NCBI GenBank assembly: GCA_965228025.1
Contig: CBDDGX010000032.1
Location: forward strand, 35,113-99,112
Source of the DNA: Polaromonas sp.
Lineage (GTDB): Bacteria; Pseudomonadota; Gammaproteobacteria; Burkholderiales; Burkholderiaceae_C
Length of the DNA: 64,000 nt
Direction of reading: 5' to 3'
Shown in pieces: positions 49,401 through 57,625 of the stretch. The translations under genes were made by a program, and so were the position numbers. Every line of letters starts with the position of its first letter. Within the stretch, counting starts at the first letter, position 1. The notes under the pieces are model-generated. The model had not been told where the DNA came from. It did not search any database and saw nothing but the letters and a program-made list of their open reading frames with translations.

Positions 49401-50681
49401 ATGAAGCGCGGTTTTTACACCATCATGGCAGCCCAGTTTTTCAGCTCGCTGGCTGATAACGCGCTGTTCGTGGCTGCCGTCGAACTGCTCAAGACCAGTG
49501 GCGCGCCCAAGTGGCAGCCAGCCGCGCTGGTTCCAATGTTTGCGCTGTTCTATGTTGTGCTCGCACCATTTGTGGGCGCGTTTGCCGACTCGCAACCCAA
49601 AGGCAAGGTCATGTTCATCAGCAACGCCATCAAGGTGGTGGGTTGCCTGATGATGCTGTTCGGCACGCACCCCCTCATGGCCTATGCCATCGTCGGCCTG
49701 GGCGCTGCGGCTTATTCGCCGGCCAAGTACGGCATCCTGACCGAACTGCTGCCTTCATCACAACTCGTGAAGGCCAATGGCTGGATCGAAGGGCTGACGA
49801 TTTCATCCATCATTCTTGGCGTATTGCTGGGCGGCCAGCTGGTCGGCCACCATGTGTCTTCACGGCTGCTGGCCATAGACCTGCCGTTTCTGGAAACCGG
49901 TGTCGACACCGCGCCCGAAGCCGCGATTGCGGTGCTGATACTGCTCTACGCCATTGCCGCCTGGTTCAACACCCGCATACCCAATACCGGCGTCGAGATG
50001 CGGCCTATGCCGCGCAACAAGCTTGAACTGCTGCCTGATTTCTGGAACTGCAACTCGGCCCTGTGGCGCGACAAGCTGGGCCAGATCTCGCTGTCAACCA
50101 CCACGCTGTTCTGGGGCGTCTCTGGCAACCTGCGCTACATCGTGCTGGCGTGGAGCGCCGCCGCGCTGGGCTACAGCACCACGCAGGCGTCGTCACTCGT
50201 CGGTGTAGTGGCCATAGGTACCGCAGTTGGCGCGGTGGTCGCGTCCATGAAGATGCGGCTGGACCAGGCCACCAGCGTGATGCCGCTGGGCATCGCGATG
50301 GGCGTGCTCGTTATCTTGATGAACTTCATCAGCAATGTGTGGGTAGCGGCGCCTTTCCTGATCTTGCTGGGCGGCCTGGGCGGCTTCCTGGTTGTGCCCA
50401 TGAATGCACTGCTGCAGCACCGCGGCCACAACCTCATGGGCGCGGGCCGCTCGATTGCCGTGCAGAACTTCAACGAACAGGCCTGCATTCTGGCGCTGGG
50501 TGCGGGTTACAGCCTGTCAACCGGCATGGGCATGTCGGCCTTCGGTGCCATCACCGCCTTTGGCATCGTCGTCGCCGGTTTCATGGGCCTGATCCAGTAC
50601 TGGCACAAGAGCAACCTTGTAAAACACAAGGAACAGGTTGACCACCTGCTGGCCATCGCGCGTAGCGACAACAGCCACTGA
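49401..50681 (+). CDS. lplT: Lysophospholipid transporter
   Basis: AQFFSSLADNAL, YSPAKYGILTE, GAGRSIAVQNFNE. Confidence 0.93.
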   Translation: MKRGFYTIMAAQFFSSLADNALFVAAVELLKTSGAPKWQPAALVPMFALFYVVLAPFVGAFADSQPKGKVMFISNAIKVVGCLMMLFGTHPLMAYAIVGLGAAAYSPAKYGILTELLPSSQLVKANGWIEGLTISSIILGVLLGGQLVGHHVSSRLLAIDLPFLETGVDTAPEAAIAVLILLYAIAAWFNTRIPNTGVEMRPMPRNKLELLPDFWNCNSALWRDKLGQISLSTTTLFWGVSGNLRYIVLAWSAAALGYSTTQASSLVGVVAIGTAVGAVVASMKMRLDQATSVMPLGIAMGVLVILMNFISNVWVAAPFLILLGGLGGFLVVPMNALLQHRGHNLMGAGRSIAVQNFNEQACILALGAGYSLSTGMGMSAFGAITAFGIVVAGFMGLIQYWHKSNLVKHKEQVDHLLAIARSDNSH

Positions 50682-50696
50682 CCAACCAGGCCCCGA

Positions 50697-51599
50697 ATGA
50701 GAGCAGAGAGTAAGGGTGCATTGCTCGCCGCAGGAGCGCTTGTCTGCAATGCATTTGTCTGGGGCGTGTCCTGGTGGCCCTTCCGGCAACTCCATGAACA
50801 CGGGCTTCACCCGCTCTGGTCTACCGCGCTGGTCTATGTTTTTGCGCTGATGGCGCTGCTCATCGCGTATCCGCAAAGCTGGCGCAGCTTTGTTACCCAC
50901 CCGCAACTCTGGCTGCTGGCGATCGCTGCAGGGTTCACCAACGTCGGCTTCAACTGGGCCGTCACGGTCGGCGATGTGGTGCGTGTGGTGCTGCTGTTCT
51001 ACCTGATGCCAGCGTGGTCGGTGCTGATGGGCTGGTACCTGCTGGGTGAGAAACCATCCAGGGGTTCATTGCTCAGGCTGGTGCTGGCCATGGCAGGTGT
51101 GCTGATTGTGCTGAAGACACCCGAATCGCCCTGGCCGGTTCCGCAAAGCGGTGCCGACTGGCTGGCACTCCTGGGCGGCTTCAGCTTTGCAGTGACCAAC
51201 GCACTGCTGCGCAAGATGAAAGCCGTGCCCGACAGTTCACGCATGCTGGCGATGTTTGGCGGCGGCGCCATGCTGGCGACCGGTGTGGCGCTGGTGGGCA
51301 TGGCGCAGCATGCGGTTACCGCACCTTCACTTGCCGCTGCCGGCATACCTGTGGCGATTGGTTTGAGTGTGGCTTTTCTTGTGGGCAATGCTGCGCTTCA
51401 GTATGGTGCTGCGCGGCTGGCTGCGAGTACGACTTCGCTGGTGATGCTGACTGAGATTCTTTTTGCGAGTGGATCCGCAGCTCTGCTGGGCGCTGCAGCT
51501 TTCACGCCGCGGATTTTGCTGGGGGGTGGGGTTGATTGTTTTTGCTGCCTTGCTGGCGGCTTTGGCGTCTTCGGAGAAATAGCGACTTCGACTTTTTGA
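50697..51599 (+). CDS. DMT family transporter with apparent +1 frameshift near the 3' end
   Basis: EamA pattern. The expected last TM (GGGLIVFAALLAALASSEK*, stop at 51582) is out of frame after the G6TG4 run at 51521-51531. Confidence 0.85.
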   Translation: MRAESKGALLAAGALVCNAFVWGVSWWPFRQLHEHGLHPLWSTALVYVFALMALLIAYPQSWRSFVTHPQLWLLAIAAGFTNVGFNWAVTVGDVVRVVLLFYLMPAWSVLMGWYLLGEKPSRGSLLRLVLAMAGVLIVLKTPESPWPVPQSGADWLALLGGFSFAVTNALLRKMKAVPDSSRMLAMFGGGAMLATGVALVGMAQHAVTAPSLAAAGIPVAIGLSVAFLVGNAALQYGAARLAASTTSLVMLTEILFASGSAALLGAAAFTPRILLGGGVDCFCCLAGGFGVFGEIATSTF

Positions 51600-51606
51600 G
51601 GAGGGT

Positions 51607-52170
51607 GTTGCCCTTCACTACCAGGCCGGGGGTTGCCCGGCAGCAAGTCACTTTCTTTTGCTTCGCCAAAAGAAAAGTAACCAAAGAAAAGGCGACCCGA
51701 CGCCTGGGTACCTGCGCTTCGCTACGGGCAACCTGTGGTGCTCGATTACGTCGGCGGGAAAAACAACTCGCTTCGCTCAAACAGGTTTTCCCCCTTGATG
51801 CCGACTCCATCTCCGCTCCTCGGCCCAGCCTCAACGGGGTTGGGAAGGAGTTCGGGAGCGGGGGCGGATTCAGATTCGGGGAGCCACAAGCGCGAAGCGC
51901 TTGAGGCGAGAGTCCGGACTTCGCATTCATCCCCAAACCCTTGGAGAGGAGCCGAGAAGCGCAGGGCCAGACGGATCAGGGCTGAAACTTGTTTGAGCCG
52001 AAGGCGAGTTGTTTCAGACCCCGGCTGGACAGAGCATCGCAGGGTGCCCGGAGCGCAGCGTAGGGACGACGAACAGGGTCGCCTTTCTTTTCGTTAGGTT
52101 TCTTTGGCGAAGCAAAGAAAAGTAACTCGCCCGCCGGGGCGAGACCCGGCCTGACAGTGAAGTGCACAAC
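51607..52170. repeat. Large imperfect inverted-repeat (MITE-like) element
   Basis: ~220-bp arms, each beginning CAGGCCGGG...ACTTT(T)CTTTGCTTCGCCAAA(A)GAAA...GGCGACCC. Confidence 0.85.
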
Positions 52171-52232
52171 GGACAACCGCTGGCCATTCCCCACCCCAAC
52201 GGGTAAAGTCGCAAAAACAACCGGAGGACCTC

Positions 52233-52727
52233 ATGAGCAGCACAGACACGATCTACGGCTTCGAAGCCACCAACATCAACGGCAAAACCATTCCGCTGCA
52301 AGAGTTCAAGGGCAAGGTCATGCTCATCGTGAACACCGCCAGCAAGTGCGGCTTCACCCCACAGTTCGGCGGGCTGGAAGACCTGCACAAGAGCTACGCA
52401 GGCAAGGGCCTGGCGGTGCTGGGCTTTCCGTGCAACCAGTTCGGCTCCCAGGACCCCGGCGCTGATGGCGAGATCGAGCAGTTCTGCCAGCTCAACTATG
52501 GCGTGAGCTTTCCCATGATGTCCAAGATCGACGTCAACGGCCCCGCCGCCCACCCGCTCTACAAATGGCTGGGCGCTGAAGCCCCCGGCCTGTTGGGGAG
52601 CAAGTCCATCAAATGGAACTTCACCAAATTCCTCGTGGGCAAGGACGGCAAGGTGATTCGCCGTTACGCACCGACCGACAAGCCTGCCGATCTGGCCAAG
52701 GATATTGAGGCGGCGCTCGCAGCCTGA
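52233..52727 (+). CDS. Glutathione peroxidase family
   Basis: NTASKCGFTPQ, LGFPCNQF, WNFTKFL. Confidence 0.95.
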   Translation: MSSTDTIYGFEATNINGKTIPLQEFKGKVMLIVNTASKCGFTPQFGGLEDLHKSYAGKGLAVLGFPCNQFGSQDPGADGEIEQFCQLNYGVSFPMMSKIDVNGPAAHPLYKWLGAEAPGLLGSKSIKWNFTKFLVGKDGKVIRRYAPTDKPADLAKDIEAALAA

Positions 52728-52729
52728 GG

Positions 52730-53456
52730 TTGACCGGGGTGCCATCGCCGCTGCACATCGGCATCGTCGCCTGCTCGGCCGAGGGCGCGGCCCTTTGTTA
52801 CCGCACCATCTGCGCAGAAGGTGCGGCGCGGCTCGGCCCCCATGCGCACCCTGAGATTTCGCTGCACTCGCTGTCGCTTGCCGACTACGTCACCTGCCTG
52901 GACAACAACGACCTGCAGGGCGTGGCCGACCTCATGCTCACCTCGGCGAGAAAGCTGGCTGCCGCCGGCGCCGACTTTCTGATCTGCCCGGACAACACGA
53001 TTCACCAGGCCTTTCACCTCGTCGCACCCGCCTCTCCGCTGCCCTGGCTGCACATCGCTGAGGTCGTCGCTGCAGAAGCCGTCGAACGCGGTTATCAAAA
53101 GCTGGGGCATTACCGGCACACGCTGGCTGGTGGCCAGCGAGGTTTACCCCGACGCCTTGCGGACCAGCGGCCTGGGGTTTGAACGCCCGACGGACGCAGA
53201 GCGCGACGAACTTGGGCGGCTCATCATGGACGAACTGGTCTACGGCATCTTCAGGCCCGGGACGGTGGCGCGCTTCCAGAACGTGATCAAGGGCCTGAAA
53301 GACCGCGGCTGCGACGCGGTGGTGTTGGGCTGCACCGAGATACCGATCATCATCAATGACGGCAACTCTGCCTTGCCGACGCTGGACTCCACCCGCCTGC
53401 TGGCACGGGCGGCCCTGCGCAGGGCCATTGAAGGCGCCTCACAAGCCACCTTTTGA
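52730..53456 (+). pseudogene. Asp/Glu racemase family, frameshifted
   Basis: ICPDNTIH in ORF1 and LGCTEIP in ORF2. One G fewer at 53104-53107 gives LGITGTRWLVASEVY. Confidence 0.85.
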
Positions 53457-53649
53457 AAATTTAACGTATACGTTAAAAATGAGCAAAAAGTTAACTTGCA
53501 TATTAACTTTTTGCCTCCAGAACGCGTTTCAGGCCGCCCAGAACCTGAAAAATGCCAAAAAACAGCCCAAAAACACGATATTTAGGCATTAAAACAGGCT
53601 GCAAGCCAATAGATACGAGCGTGAGAGCAGCTATGAAATAGATAGCAAA
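53456..53649. repeat. AT-rich twin-hairpin element (copy 2)
   Basis: TTTAACGTATACGTTAAA; GCAAAAAGTTAA-N8-TTAACTTTTTGC; GCCAATAGATACGAGCGTGAGAGCAGCTA. Confidence 0.8.
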
Positions 53650-53686
53650 ATCAGGTTTTAGGTGGCAACTGAAACCTGGCGCACCT

Positions 53687-54358
53687 TTACCCCACGCAGA
53701 AGAAATCCGCCAGCGTTCGCCCCTCGTCATGCACGAAGCGCTCGTCCAAAGTGGTGACCGCTTGCATCCGGTCAATGCGAAAACTGCGAAAGGCCTGCCG
53801 CGACTCGCACCAGGCGCCCAGCGTCCAGACGGCGCCCCAGTAAAAGCAGCCCAGCGGCCACAGCACACGCTCGCTGGCCTGGCCAGAGAGGTCGCGGTAC
53901 GACACCCTGAGCTTGTGGCGTGACTGCACAGCTTCGCGCAGTTGCTGCAGGGTGTGCTGCAGGTCGGCGTCGGCAGCGATGACGGGCGCATACACCGGCA
54001 GGCTTTCGGCAGCGGCCTGCGCTGCGGCTGGCAGCACCGACAGCACCTTGCCCCATGCAGCCTGCGCATCTGCCGCCAGCGCCGGGTCCAGCCAGGCCTG
54101 TGCGAGGCGTATGGATGCCACCAGCGCACGAGCTTCGGCCTGGGTGAACATCAGCGGCGGCAAATCAAACCCCGCACCCAGCCGGTAGCCGACACCGGCT
54201 TCGCCTTCAATCGGCACGCCCTGGTGCTGCAGGTCGGCGATGTCCCGGTACACGGTGCGCGCAGACACCTCCAGCCGCTGGGCCAGAAACTATGCCGTGG
54301 TCAGGCGGCGGCCGCGAATCAGCTGGACGAGGTGGAAGAGGCGGTCTGCGCGGCGCAT
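53687..54358 (-). pseudogene. YafY-type HTH-WYL regulator with amber stop at codon 23
   Basis: MRRADRLFHLVQLIRGRRLTTA*FLAQRLEVSARTVYRD...WTLGAWCESRQAFRSFRIDRM; TAG at 54290-54292. Confidence 0.88.
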
Positions 54359-54396
54359 GATCTGGACTTTATCGCAGGCATTCATGCACCGCGGCC

Positions 54397-54933
54397 TTAA
54401 CCATGCAGTTGTAGCAACGCGGGATCTGCCTGCATGACACGCGCGATCAGGCGCATGTCGTGGTCGCTGACGGCAAACAAGCCAAACCTGAACTTGTAGC
54501 CCCAGCGCTGGCGGTCTTCTACAAAATCAAGGTCGTCGAGCAGCGGCAGGATGGACGCTTCTTTTGATTCGAGATACGAGACATCGCGCCGCCAAGCGGC
54601 AAAACCATTACCCATGACGCCGGCGTAAGGCTGGCCGGGTTGCACAACACCGATGGAGACAAAACTCTGGAACGCGTCTTTCACGCCGTAGACGACGGTG
54701 GGTGAGTAGTAGGCCACGACGTCTCCGGGCTGAATCCGTTTCAAGGGCGCGATTTTGCCGTGGTTAACCTGCATGAATCCCGAACGCCGCGCCGGGCCGC
54801 CCCAAGCAAGTTCAGCCCCCTTGGGGGGCAGCGCAACACACGAAGTGGCAAGCGTGGGGGCACATGAGTTTGAATGACGCCCAAGCCGCGCATGTTCGGC
54901 GCTGGCCACGGCTATCCAGTTTTTTCGCGTCAT
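54397..54933 (-). CDS. EVE domain protein with in-frame repeat insertion
   Basis: [10 protein letters not shown]...[32 protein letters not shown]. Confidence 0.88.
   Translation of the reverse strand: MTRKNWIAVASAEHARLGRHSNSCAPTLATSCVALPPKGAELAWGGPARRSGFMQVNHGKIAPLKRIQPGDVVAYYSPTVVYGVKDAFQSFVSIGVVQPGQPYAGVMGNGFAAWRRDVSYLESKEASILPLLDDLDFVEDRQRWGYKFRFGLFAVSDHDMRLIARVMQADPALLQLHG
54785..54861. repeat. CCCCCC-GGGGGC palindromic repeat family (copy 3), in-frame within the EVE gene
   Basis: Coding strand CCCCCACGCTTGCCACTTCGTGTGTTGCGCTGCCCCCCAAGGGGGCTGAACTTGCTTGGGGCGGCCCGGCG. Confidence 0.85.
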
Positions 54934-54948
54934 GGCATTCACTCCCGT

Positions 54949-55326
54949 TCAAGCCAGCGCGTGCAAACCAACGCGGTTGCCATCAGGGTCGGTGATGTGG
55001 GCAAAAAAGCCCATGCCAGGTGGCAGCGCCTGGCGCGGCAGCGCAATGCGGCCACCTGCTTTTTCAGCACGCGCCAGCGCGTCATCGAGTGAAGGCGAAG
55101 CGTCCAGATAAATCAGCGTGCCCTGCGCGCCGGGTGTGGGCGCTGTCGGGCCGCACATGAGTGCGCCGCCAGTCCCGTCTGCCGCTTGGTCATAGGCAAA
55201 CACAGCGCCTTCGGATGGCCCCATGTTTTCAGGCTGCATTTTGCGGCCGAGCACAGCCTCGTAAAAGGCGGTGGCTTTGGCCAGGTTGGTGGTGCCGATT
55301 TCAAACCAGCTGATGGCGTTTTTCAT
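54949..55326 (-). CDS. VOC/glyoxalase family protein
   Basis: AISWFEI, FYEAVLG, GFFAHITDPDGNRVGLH. Confidence 0.92.
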   Translation of the reverse strand: MKNAISWFEIGTTNLAKATAFYEAVLGRKMQPENMGPSEGAVFAYDQAADGTGGALMCGPTAPTPGAQGTLIYLDASPSLDDALARAEKAGGRIALPRQALPPGMGFFAHITDPDGNRVGLHALA

Positions 55327-55409
55327 GGAAAGCTCCTTTGTTGAAGAAGCCTTGATCATGATGACCTGCTACTGACAACGTGGTGTCAGCAGGGCCTCCA
55401 CGCCAGTTA

Positions 55410-55497
55410 TTGGGGTCAGACACCAATTTTGCTGGGGTGTCTGCACCGCACCCGCAGGGCAAGCCAAAGGCTGGGCAAATTTGGGCTCTGACCCCAA
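55410..55497. repeat. 88-bp element with terminal inverted repeats (REP-doublet/MITE-like)
   Basis: TTGGGGTCAGACACCAATTTTGC vs rc TTGGGGTCAGAGCCCAAATTTGC (20/23). Confidence 0.8.
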
Positions 55498-55504
55498 AAA
55501 CTGG

Positions 55505-55567
55505 CTGCCCCCCGAGGGGGCCGCTGCGCCTGCAGCCCGGCAGAGCCGGTTCTGCGGCCGCTGCTTG
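55505..55567. repeat. CCCCCCGAGGGGGC repeat family (copy 4)
   Basis: GCTGCCCCCCGAGGGGGCCGCTGCGCCTGCAGCCCGGCAGAGCCGGTTCTGCGGCCGCTGCTTG. Confidence 0.8.
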
Positions 55568-55595
55568 AAAAGACCGGGGCGCTAGCTCAGGAATG

Positions 55596-56822
55596 TCAAC
55601 GCATCAACGCCTCATCCAGCAGCTCGACCCAATGGCGCACCGGCGTGGCGGTCCCACTTTGCAGGTGGGTGATGCAGCCAATGTTGGCAGAGGCGATGAC
55701 CTCTGGCTTCATCTCGCCGAGGTTGCCCAGCTTGCGGTCGCGCAGCTGGTACGCGATCTCTGGATTCAGCACCGAGTAGGTGCCGGCAGAGCCGCAGCAC
55801 AGGTGCGGCTCGCAGCTGGCGACCCTGATGTTGAAGCCGAGCTCACCCAGGTGCTTTTCAACACCGCCGCGTAGCTTCTGGCCATGCTGCAGGGTACAGG
55901 GCGGGTGAAAGGCGATCTGCCCGGCTTTGGCGGCCACGCGCGCGCGCAGTGGTTCGACGAGATCAGGTAACAGCTCGCTGAGGTCGCGCGTGAGGGCCCT
56001 GATGCGTGCGGCTTTGGCCGCGTACTCAGCGTCGTCTTTGAGCAAATGGCCGTAGTCCCTGACGGTGACGCCACAGCCTGAGGCGTTCATGACGATGGCT
56101 TCCACGCCTTCACTTTCAACATATGGCCACCAGGCATCGATGTTGCGGCGCATTTCTGCCTTGCCGCCTTCCTGGTCATTGAGGTGAAATTTGACGGCGC
56201 CGCAGCAACCGGCCTTGGTGGCCACAACGGTTTCAATACCAGCCGCATCCAGAACGCGGGCTGTTGCAGTGTTGATGTTGGGCATCATGGCCGGCTGCAC
56301 GCAGCCTTCAAGCAGCAGCATCTTGCGAACATGCTTGTTCCTCGGCCATGCTCCGCCGGCCTGTTTGGCGGGCACCTTGTTTTTGAGCGACTCAGGCAGC
56401 AGCCCGCGCACAGACTGACCCAGCTTCATGGCAGGCGCAAACAGCGGCGAAGGCAGCCCCTCTTTTAATGCCCAACGCAGGGCTTTTTCGCCTGCGGGGC
56501 GGGGCACTTGTTCGTCGACCAGCTTGCGCCCTATGTCGACCAGGTGGCCGTATTCAACGCCGCTGGGGCAGGTGGTCTCGCAGTTGCGGCATGTCAGGCA
56601 CCGGTCAAGGTGCATCTGCGTCTTGCGCGTGGGCGTCTCACCTTCAAGCACCTGCTTGATAAGGTAGATGCGGCCACGCGGGCCGTCAAGTTCATCACCC
56701 AGCAACTGATAGGTGGGGCAGGTGGCAGTGCAAAAGCCGCAGTGCACGCACTTGCGCAGTATGGCCTCGGCCTCCTGGCCGTCGGTGGTGTTCTTGTATT
56801 GCGGGGCGAGATGGGTTTGCAT
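55596..56822 (-). CDS. glcF: Glycolate oxidase iron-sulfur subunit
   Basis: CVHCGFCTATCP and CLTCRNCETTCP clusters; CCG domains. Confidence 0.95.
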   Translation of the reverse strand: MQTHLAPQYKNTTDGQEAEAILRKCVHCGFCTATCPTYQLLGDELDGPRGRIYLIKQVLEGETPTRKTQMHLDRCLTCRNCETTCPSGVEYGHLVDIGRKLVDEQVPRPAGEKALRWALKEGLPSPLFAPAMKLGQSVRGLLPESLKNKVPAKQAGGAWPRNKHVRKMLLLEGCVQPAMMPNINTATARVLDAAGIETVVATKAGCCGAVKFHLNDQEGGKAEMRRNIDAWWPYVESEGVEAIVMNASGCGVTVRDYGHLLKDDAEYAAKAARIRALTRDLSELLPDLVEPLRARVAAKAGQIAFHPPCTLQHGQKLRGGVEKHLGELGFNIRVASCEPHLCCGSAGTYSVLNPEIAYQLRDRKLGNLGEMKPEVIASANIGCITHLQSGTATPVRHWVELLDEALMR

Positions 56823-56842
56823 GGGTTTAGGGCCTGTTAACA

Positions 56843-57622
56843 CTAGTCCTGCGCGATGAGCCTGGCTTTGAGTTCAGCCTTGCGCCTCAGCCTGCGCCGC
56901 CAGTCTGAAAAGAGCGGCGGCAACGACAGCGCAAACAGCAGGATGGCCAGCGGCACAACCCAGATAAAACCCACGTACTTGAAACCCAGAGCCCCCACCA
57001 GCCCGCCGGTGATGAACATGCCGATCAGGGTGCCGAAGAGCCTGAGCTTGATGCGGTTGGCGCGCACGCGCGACTCGGGAGGGCTGGCGGTGCGGTTCCA
57101 GTACAGCAGCTTGCCGAGTTCAATGCCCAAATCGGTGATCACACCCGTCATGTGAGTGGTACGGATCTGGGATGACGAGATCTTGCTGACCAGCGCATTT
57201 TGCAGCCCCATGGTGAAGGCCAGCACCAGCACGGTCAGCGGCACGGCAAACGGCGTCTGGTGGCCCATGTTCGCGCCCATCAGGCCAAAGACCAGCAGCA
57301 ATGCAGCCTCCAGCAGCAGGGGCAGGGCGTATTCGCTGCGCAGCCAGTGGTGGCGCGACCAGTTGACCAGGATGGCGGTGGTGGCAGCGCCAGCGGTAAA
57401 AGCCAGCAGCGTACCGGCCGCGCCCAGTACGAGCTTCATGTTGCCGAGCACCAGGTTATCGGCCAGCATGGAGGCAAAGCCCGTCATGTGAGACGTATAC
57501 ATGCTGACCAGCAGAAACCCACCGGCATTGATGGCACCGGCCACAAAAGCCAGCACGCCGCCCAGCAGGCGGTTGGTGGCGGGCGTGCGGTGCTGCCCGG
57601 TGAGGTGGCGTAGGCGGCGCAT
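56843..57622 (-). CDS. YoaK/DUF1275 family membrane protein
   Basis: AFVAGAINAGGF, TSHMTG, MGLQNA, IRTTHMTGVITDLG. Confidence 0.9.
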   Translation of the reverse strand: MRRLRHLTGQHRTPATNRLLGGVLAFVAGAINAGGFLLVSMYTSHMTGFASMLADNLVLGNMKLVLGAAGTLLAFTAGAATTAILVNWSRHHWLRSEYALPLLLEAALLLVFGLMGANMGHQTPFAVPLTVLVLAFTMGLQNALVSKISSSQIRTTHMTGVITDLGIELGKLLYWNRTASPPESRVRANRIKLRLFGTLIGMFITGGLVGALGFKYVGFIWVVPLAILLFALSLPPLFSDWRRRLRRKAELKARLIAQD

Positions 57623-57625
57623 TCT

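Noticed and set aside
51502-52194. ORFs of 72-144 aa across the large inverted repeat
   Set aside because: They are by-products of the repeat sequence, with no RBS or protein motifs.
53458-53480. dif/XerCD site
   Set aside because: It only loosely resembles a XerD arm; there is no XerC arm or 6-bp spacer, and it occurs twice in the window.
39491-53649. Composite transposon bounded by the two AT-rich elements
   Set aside because: The interval holds core genes (radA, alr, lplT) and no transposase or integrase.
54290-54292. Programmed amber read-through in yafY
   Set aside because: No pyl genes or recoding signal seen; a simple nonsense change or sequencing error is more likely.
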